Source: Octopus vulgaris
Taxonomy: Eukaryota
NCBI GenBank assembly: GCA_951406725.2
Contig: OX597828.1
Location: 56,606,001 to 56,670,000 of the forward strand
DNA length: 64,000 nt
Reading direction: 5' to 3'
The position numbers were made by a program, and so were the translations under genes. Numbering within the stretch: position 1 is the first letter of the stretch; each line of letters opens with the position of its first letter. Shown here one piece after another: positions 56,143 to 64,000 of the stretch. The notes beneath the pieces were generated by a model. It worked only from the letters and a program-made list of their open reading frames with translations, was not told the origin of the DNA and ran no database searches.

Positions 56143-56539
56143 GGATGGAACAACGACATCAAGGATTTTGGAATACATGAATGTTAGCTGACAACTGTTG
56201 GATGTTATACAGGGATGAACCTGAGACAAAATACCATAGAAAGTCTAAATCTCAAATGTTTCAAGTTGTTATGCATTTGAGTGTATTCTAACTTATTTGT
56301 ACACAATATTTTTAATTTTTTACAATAAAAAGCCATGAAATCATCGTATCTTGTATTCAATATACTGTATATAGATATGCTTTATGTATCCTATGAATTG
56401 AAGCAGCAGGTATCATTATCATGAAAATGTGACCTGATAGAGGAAATCGGACTTCAGATTCGTAATCAGTATCAAAAATTAACCCAGAAAAGTCATTCAG
56501 CAAATATGATTAAAAAGAGTTTCATTTTGCTGACCAGTG
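56143..56539 (+). mobile_element. Chapaev3-like DNA transposon 3' end
   Basis: MEQRHQGFWNT*MLADNCWMLYRDEPETKYHRKS. Terminus TTGCTGACCAGTG followed by TTA. Confidence 0.7.
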
Positions 56540-57439
56540 TTATTACTAATAAAAGAAATAAAATGACACTCCCTGAGAAAAAAAAAGAATAACTTCAAAG
56601 GAGGGATATTATGCGGATAATAGTAATAATGGAACACCCCTCCAACGTGAGGAGAGGTATTTGCTATTTATTATCAATAATGTGACGTAGAAAATCGGGA
56701 GTACCATTTGAGTAGTCGCTCATTAGATAGTCGTGTCTTACTTGTCTAACTAATTATACTGCTATACCGGAGTGGGTGTCATAGCAGTCCGACAGAGGAT
56801 TACGACATTGATAAATCAGTGTAAGAATTTTTACTATTGTATTCGTCTCGGTAATCATCTCCTATTGATGTATGGTGTTATAAAAGACAATAATATATTG
56901 GTTCAGATAAAGATTGCTAAAAGTGCTGACGAGCCTTCTATATAGGAATTTCTCTTTCTTTTAAATTCGTCAGCAGCAACTTTCCATTAGCATCCACCTA
57001 CTAATATAGATGCCTAGAAAAATTTATTATGGGTTAAAAAATAAAGTATTTACGTTATTGACAATATATGTTACGTGTTATTATAAAACGACAAATTATT
57101 CATGATGAAACTGAAGGGAAATATATTGAAATGAATAAAAGTACATTAATATTTCATGATGCTATTTTTACAATTTCACGTTCTACTTACAAAGGCGTTG
57201 ATGTGTTTACCCTTATGAGAGGATAATTATATGCCTGTGTGTGTGTTTGTCTCTGTGTATGTGTGAGTGCACCTTTACAATGCTTAATATAAGCTTCCAT
57301 ATATTTTATAACGGTTTTTACCCTTTGCCTTCATATTTTGTAAACGTGATTCTTTTGTTTTCTTTTTACAGCCAATGTTACCTTTCGGATGTTACAAATA
57401 CTGGAAATATTGTATTCTTCTCTATTCAGTTGTATCCAT

Positions 57440-58160
57440 TTGTACATTTGCTGACCTGAGCCGTTTTGATTAATGCAGAATTTATTATTTCCTGTGACGC
57501 TTTTGTACTGACAGATGTTATACCGACACTATATCCCAACAGCGTGTCATATCCCACACCCGCAGATTCTTTCAGTCATTCCATTCTCCTTCAATTTTCT
57601 TAAACCCTCCTTAGAATCTTTGCTGCTCCTGACAAGGCTGTTTTCTACAACGATTCCGTTCTTCTATTGATATGAGTCCTACCACCAAATTTTCTAATTT
57701 GTCTAATCTATCGGCAAGGTCTCTGGTATGTAACGACCCGTATATTTACATAATATTTCTGACACATTGTAGATAATTTAGAGTTCAAGAATACCTTCCA
57801 AGATCTTAGGATATATCAACATATAAATGTTTATAAAAGCATCATAAATTCTGATACAGTTGGGGTTTCTTTATTGCAAATTCACAATACAGTGATGCCC
57901 AGGAAACAGATGTATTTTCATGCATAATCAATGTTCATGTATTTTATAACAATGGATATACTCTTCCCTCAACTGTTATTTCTAGCAAAATCGCAGATAG
58001 AATATTTTCCACATAATGCTCCATGGTGAAGTTCGTTTTCTGTTCACGTAAATATCCAACTAATAGATGTGTATATGAGCATCAAGCAAATTTCTTCGAA
58101 TTGTGATTCACTAAGCTTCATCGTCTGATCTTGGAATTTTGAGACAGGTATTTTCATGCT
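57440..58160 (-). pseudogene. Decayed YWTD propeller + EGF exons
   Basis: ENTCL..TIRRNLLD..LDIYVNRKR; MNIDYA*KYICF; PETLPID*TN*KIWW*DS (57726-57673); KFCINQNGSGQQM (57483-57445). Confidence 0.6.
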
Positions 58161-58238
58161 TAGGTTTGGGTGAATTCTCAGTGCTTAATTTGTAATGTAC
58201 CTTACATAAGGAACAACATTTTAAGGAAATAAAAAAAT

Positions 58239-58652
58239 GGCGGCGAGCTGGCAGAAACGTTAGCACGCCGGGCGAAATTTTTAGCGGCATTTCATCTGTC
58301 GTTACGTTCTGAGTTCAAATTTCGCCGAGGTCGACTTTGCCTTTCAGCATTCAAGGGTCGATAGATTAAGTACCAGTTACGCATTGGTTCGATGCAATCG
58401 ACTTAATACCTATGTCTGTCCTTGTTTGTCCCCTCTATGTTTAGCCCCTTGGGGGTAATAAAAAAATAGGTATTTCGTCTGCCGCTACGTTCTGAGTTCA
58501 AATTCCGCCGAGGTCAACTTTGCCTTCCATCCTTTCGGGGTCGATTACATAAGTATCAGTTACGTACTGGGATCGATGTAATCGACTTAATCCTTTTGTC
58601 TGTCCTGGTTTGTCCCCTCTTTGTTTAGCCACTTGAGGGGAATAAAGAAATA
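58239..58652 (+). mobile_element. SINE family A, dimeric
   Basis: A second headless unit starts at GGTATTTCGTCTGCC (~58469). Flanking GAAATAAAAA duplication. Confidence 0.9.
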
Positions 58653-59399
58653 AAAATTATACACCCCGCAGAAATATAAGCCACTTTTGATTTCTAGTGA
58701 AAAATGTAGTTAGAAAAATGTATCATTCACGTAACTATTGTTTTTAATGAAACACTAACACACACACGCACAGAAGGCGACACAGACACACACACAAACA
58801 CACATGCACTATCACACGCATATCAATTGATGCTTATTAAATTAATAAAAGAGCAAAACAATACTTAATTATATCCAAGTGTTTGAAATATTTGTCTCCA
58901 ACAATTTTGTTTTGTTTAGAGATATCTTGAAAAATAAGTTAGGAACCATTTATTGCAAAAAGATAATACTGCAAATTATAATGTTAAACACATTCATATC
59001 GATCGGTTTGAAACACTGTGCTAGGCTGAATTTATCTGCAAGGTGTAAAAACGTGCATGTTGATAAATATTATCTGCACCACTTCATGCTTAAGCGGGCA
59101 TCTTTTTGAAGAGAATTGCGCTTCTGGCGACAAACAGATTGACGATAAGCTATTGGCTTTTATTCTTTTGTTGGAATAAATTCACATTCAATCATACATT
59201 GTTTTAAAAATGTTACAAGGAAATATTGCAACAAAGTATTAGATATAAAAAATAAAAAATAAAAACAGAAAGAAAAGTAATGCAAATTCATGCAGCTATG
59301 GGAATGAGGCTGCTGGAAGATTCCTATATGATCACCATTGTAAATGAAATAACAAAAGAGAGAAAAACAAGATCTCTACGACGAATCCTGATTATACTA

Positions 59400-59558
59400 T
59401 TTGGAGCTCGAGTGTGCTGGAAAACATTACAAGGTGATAACGCAAAAGAAAAGCGTCCGTGTTATGTCCCTTGGTCTACCAATCTACATTTCATTATTTT
59501 AGCGACCTCTATATTTGATGGTCGAGCAAACAGTGGCATAGCATGGTATAATATACAT
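59400..59558 (-). pseudogene. Decayed YWTD exon
   Basis: gtactcag|..CILYHAMPLFARPSNIEVAKIMKCRLVDQGT*HGRFSFAL. Confidence 0.5.
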
Positions 59559-59622
59559 CTGAGTACATATGGAAAATGCATAAAATATGTCATTCGTACC
59601 CACTGTAAACAGTAAGTATATA

Positions 59623-59663
<41 letters not shown>

Positions 59664-59679
59664 TCAAATATAAAATATA

Positions 59680-60148
59680 AAATATAAATTACAAAGTGGG
59701 ACAAGAACGCAAAAACACACAAAGAGACGACACAAAAAAAACAGACAGGTCACTCGAAACCTCTAATCTTCAGTCGGAACCGGATCATCTTACCAATTTC
59801 GGCTGTTTAATCTCGATATAACTCCGAACCGGCCAGCCCCAAGAACTAAGCCACAGGCATTAGATTTCTTAGAAAGAGGACGAATGTATACGAAACAAAG
59901 ACAGGATGCCACACGAATATAAATACAAGAAACAAAAAATAGAAATAAAAAACAAGAATGTTTAGCAGAACAAACACAACGGGCGTCTTACGACTTTAGA
60001 CAATTTTTAACTTATCTTGGCTGGCGTATTTGAAAAATGCCTTTGCGGCAAAAACGAAAACAAACGTTAACATGGCAGCGGTGGTCAAGCCGAAAAAGAC
60101 CGGTTTCAATGCGGTCACGTGAGAGCACGGAAGAAAGAGAAAGAAATA

Positions 60149-60150
<2 letters not shown>
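59680..60150. mobile_element. Unclassified interspersed repeat embedded in (TA)n
   Basis: GC-richer block with strand-biased composition bounded by TA tracts. Similar in style to 1-250. Confidence 0.4.
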
Positions 60151-60194
<44 letters not shown>

Positions 60195-60204
60195 CATACA
60201 TATA

Positions 60205-60425
<221 letters not shown>

Positions 60426-60477
60426 AAGGGAGAGATATGTATATACACGTATGTTTGCATGTATTCTTTTGTTCTTT

Positions 60478-60667
60478 AACATAGTTCAGTCATTTGACTG
60501 CAGACATACCGTAGCACCAAGTTAAAGGCTTTTAGCCGAAGAACACAACCCCAGGACTTATGTTTTGTGAGCACAGTACTTATTCTATCGATTTTTTTTG
60601 CCGAAACGCTAAGGTTCGGAACATAAATGCACCAACATCGGTTGTCAAGCGTTGTTGTTGGGTAGAC

Positions 60668-60680
<13 letters not shown>
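60478..60680 (-). mobile_element. SINE family B, 3' half
   Basis: TTCAGTCATTTGACTGC...CACCAACATCGGTTGTCAAGCG. Confidence 0.8.
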
Positions 60681-60729
<49 letters not shown>

Positions 60730-60932
60730 GATAATGGTGTAATTGAGACCCAAAGGTGTTAGGTAATGCTGAATAAGTGCTATAGACAGACAATATTTAA
60801 GCTCCAGATTCGGTAATATTGCGAATAAAGGTTTCAACGTTGGTTCTATGTCAGCGTGTCTATATAAGAATTTTTGTGTAATAAGATAAAAAAATTAGGC
60901 TGTGTAGATATTAAACCATTTATAGATAGAAG

Positions 60933-60984
60933 GTCGTAGAGCTGTTTCTAGGGTATTAATTAATAATATCCCTTCATCGGAGAC
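60933..60984 (-). ncRNA. Decayed type-I hammerhead motif
   Basis: Minus strand GTCT-CCGATGA-AGGGATATTA-TTAAT-TAATACCCTA-GAAA-CAGCTC-TA-CGAC. The copy at 27775-27790 restores CAGCTG-TA-AGAC. Confidence 0.55.
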
Positions 60985-63900
60985 GGTGTGAGACGAAATT
61001 TAAGTCATAGTTAGTTTAGATGTGATACAAAATAAAGAGTGAGGTGGAGGAAAGAAAATAGATGTAAGATATGTCTGGGTATTGAAGTTGTAAATTCGTT
61101 TTATAGGCATAATGGTATACATGCAATATTCCAATATCTTTTGAGTAAAATCCAAATGCCCAACAGAGTTTAATATGAATCCTTCCAAATATAGAGTTTA
61201 TAAGCAATGAAAGATTCCCTTATGAGTGAGATCCAGCAGGTTTTTAAACTTGGTCATTCCCAGTAGGGAATATAAATACAGTGTTGTAGAGTCAAAGATT
61301 TGTATTTAAAATCACCTAGAAATAGGGAGTGTATTAGTCTGGTCAAATTGAAAACAAGAAGAGAGGAATGAAATAAAGAGAAAAGAAAGGGGAAAAAGAG
61401 GAGAGAAAGAAAAAATGAAAGAGAAAGGAGAGAGAAGATTAGTAAAAATATTGAAATAATAAAAAAAAATAAAGAATAAAAACCCTGAAGATAGGAATAA
61501 AGGAAATAAAGAAAAAAGAAAAATTATGATATAGATCAGTCAGTGGTCAGTGGAGCTGATTTGAAAGTAGGAGTGGAGATAGAGAGAGAAAGGTATTATA
61601 GTGTAAAAGGTAGGGGAATGGGGGGTAAGAGGTGAAGGAATGACCAATGTGTAGTAGTATAGTCTAATTGTGGGGCAAAGATATGTTCCTTAATTCTTCT
61701 GCCACACAATTAGATCATACTACTACATATTGGTCATTCCTTTACCTCTTAACCCCACCCACATTACTCTGTCTTTTACACTACAATACCTTGCTGTCAA
61801 TCTGCTTGCGAGAACTGTTTAATGTCTCATTTGTTACCTGTTTTATTCGACTGCAACATCATTCCAAACTATGTGGTATTATACGAAATTTAGAAACGTT
61901 CATAAGTTTTCTTATGATAAAATTTGTGTATTATATCTTAAGCGTCAATTTATATTGTAACTAATCGTTTGCTTTCAACCTGATTGTGAAATAACCAGGC
62001 TTGTTCAAATATAACAGTAAGAGGTTTTCTTTGTTAGGGTACGAAGTTGATTGTATTTCAATTAAAAGAATCATTTTTATTTTAATATTGCGTTTTCCAT
62101 TATTCTATAAATAAATCCATATCGATTTCCTTTCACGATAGGAGAGACACGGATGGGGTAGAAACCAACTTTTCAGTCAAATTCATATCTTGAAAAGCGT
62201 ACTGAGATCTGAACACGAATCCATTTAAACAGCAAATTTGGAATTTACAATTCTACTTCGTTTAGAAGAAAAAATTTCATATTAGAAATCATATCAGGAT
62301 TATGCCAAAAGGATGTTTCTGTATTTTCCATTGTTTTTAATAATTAATTCTAATTCTTTTACAATAAGAATTAAAATCTGCTATAATTGAGTAAATTAGA
62401 TAAGACATGCTAATTTGAAATTTTCTAAAAATAAGCTGAAGGATATTTCGGAATCTACAATACAAGGAAATTACATAAAGACTCCTATGACAAGCTTCCA
62501 GCACCAATTATATATGCAATTCTCTATGTAACAACTGAAATCGGCTGGGATCAGGTTATTGCTTGCAAACTCTTCAATAATTAACAGAGTGAATAATATA
62601 TCGAGAATGCCTTAAGAAAGAAGGAATCCTTTTGACTTCGAAAATAAAAATGGCTTCCGGAAGGGAGTTGAGAAACAAATTCATAAAGAGGGTTGTCCAG
62701 TGCTAACATCTTTTATCATGGGTAACTTTAACTCTTTAGTTCTGGTATTAAGATCCTAGGAATTTACGGTTATATGTAATGCTGAAATAATCTTGTTCAT
62801 GAATAAAGATTTTGACATACACGTCTAATTTAGGAGTAAACCTATTCTCATACATTGGTCATTGAACATGAATAGGAGTTAATATAAAGTGAGGTGTTTG
62901 CCTAATGACTATAATTTCATCTACAAGCAAATAATACACACTACCGCCAAACCACCACTACTACCAAACCACGAGGTAGATTTCAATTGGAAGCCCAAAT
63001 CTAGGAAACAAATTCCTGAAGTTTATTTATTCTGATATAAAATTTTCAGCGCTGATTCCCTACAATTATATGAGTTAAAAACGAATACGTTTGTAATTAT
63101 CATATCTGATTGACACATTCATGAAGTATGTATGAACGATAATAAAATGACGAAATTTTATTGATAATAGTTTAAATCACATATTAACTGACAAGTCAGT
63201 GTTATGTAATATGTAAATGACAAGAAAGGTAGCGTAATTAATCAAATACATCGCAGTTTTTATTCACCTTGTTCGACATTTTCGGTTCAAAGTTAGATAG
63301 TGTCAATTATCTATTTACTTTTACTTATCTTTTATTTTACTTCCAAAATAAGAAACTAGAGTTAGTGAGAGTTAAATCAACTAAACGCATCAAACTTTAT
63401 GACAATGTTTGAATTCAATACTTTAGTAAATTTCGACAACTTCACTTGACTAAGGTAATTAAGGTTAGCGATCATGATGGGTTACTTATAATCAAGATGG
63501 CATAATAAGTATAACCGAAGACAAATAATGTTTCATTAACTACTTTTGTCATGAAGCATTTCTATTCGGTATCCTCGTTAGTCTTTTCCGTGGCGATAAT
63601 ACAAGGATCACTGACATAATGGAATCGAATCAGCAGACTACTTTGGATTTATAGAACTGAACAACACCAGATAGAGTATGTTACTCTATATTTTCTTTCC
63701 ATTTTGAATTCAAAATCCTTTGAGGTTTGTAATATTTCCGTACGTTAGCTTTGGTTTAATAAATGTGCTCACTTGCCACAAATTAAATAAAATCTCTTGA
63801 CAAGCAACGCTTTTAAACGTAGATTGTGGCAAAGAACGGACGTTTAAACATCACAGTATTGCATTTCTCCCAAATTAGCGAATATTGATTAATTAGCGTG

Positions 63901-64000
63901 TCTAAACAACAGATATCAAAACTTTGTTGTCTCTTCTCTAATAATAAAATTCATAAAAATTTATCAACTGTGCATTACATGTTTGAAATATAAACTTGTA

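Noticed and set aside
56924-56975. CTGACGA-GCCT..AGG hammerhead-like start with a short inverted repeat
   Set aside because: No GAAA or cleavage triplet follows, so the ribozyme cannot be completed.
60093-60110. Minus-strand GAAA-CCGG-TC half motif (also CTGAAGA at ~59767-59773)
   Set aside because: The partner core half and stem I were not found at a plausible spacing.

Overview
AT-rich, microsatellite-dense animal DNA. The SINE families and repeat landscape look like an octopus/cephalopod genome; this is recognition from memory, not a database result. I see no intact protein-coding gene, and almost all ORF-track entries are (TA)n/(CA)n artefacts. The window holds at least four tRNA-headed SINE families, three or four non-autonomous Helitrons, Tc1/mariner and Chapaev3-like relics, a Gypsy pol fragment, a CR1/L2-type LINE 3' end, and a Penelope-like (GIY-YIG) element with inverted terminal repeats. 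Two less obvious layers emerged from reading the sequence. (1) Nine minimal type-I hammerhead-ribozyme-like motifs from about five repeat families, whose cores vary compensatorily at the 3-8 pair (C-G, U-A, G-C). Several lie in or next to long fold-back repeats, and one is in the loop of a 77-bp hairpin. (2) A heavily decayed, intron-containing YWTD-propeller/EGF (LDL-receptor/LRP-like) gene scattered over most of the window on the minus strand. Both calls come from manual folding and translation and need computational confirmation.
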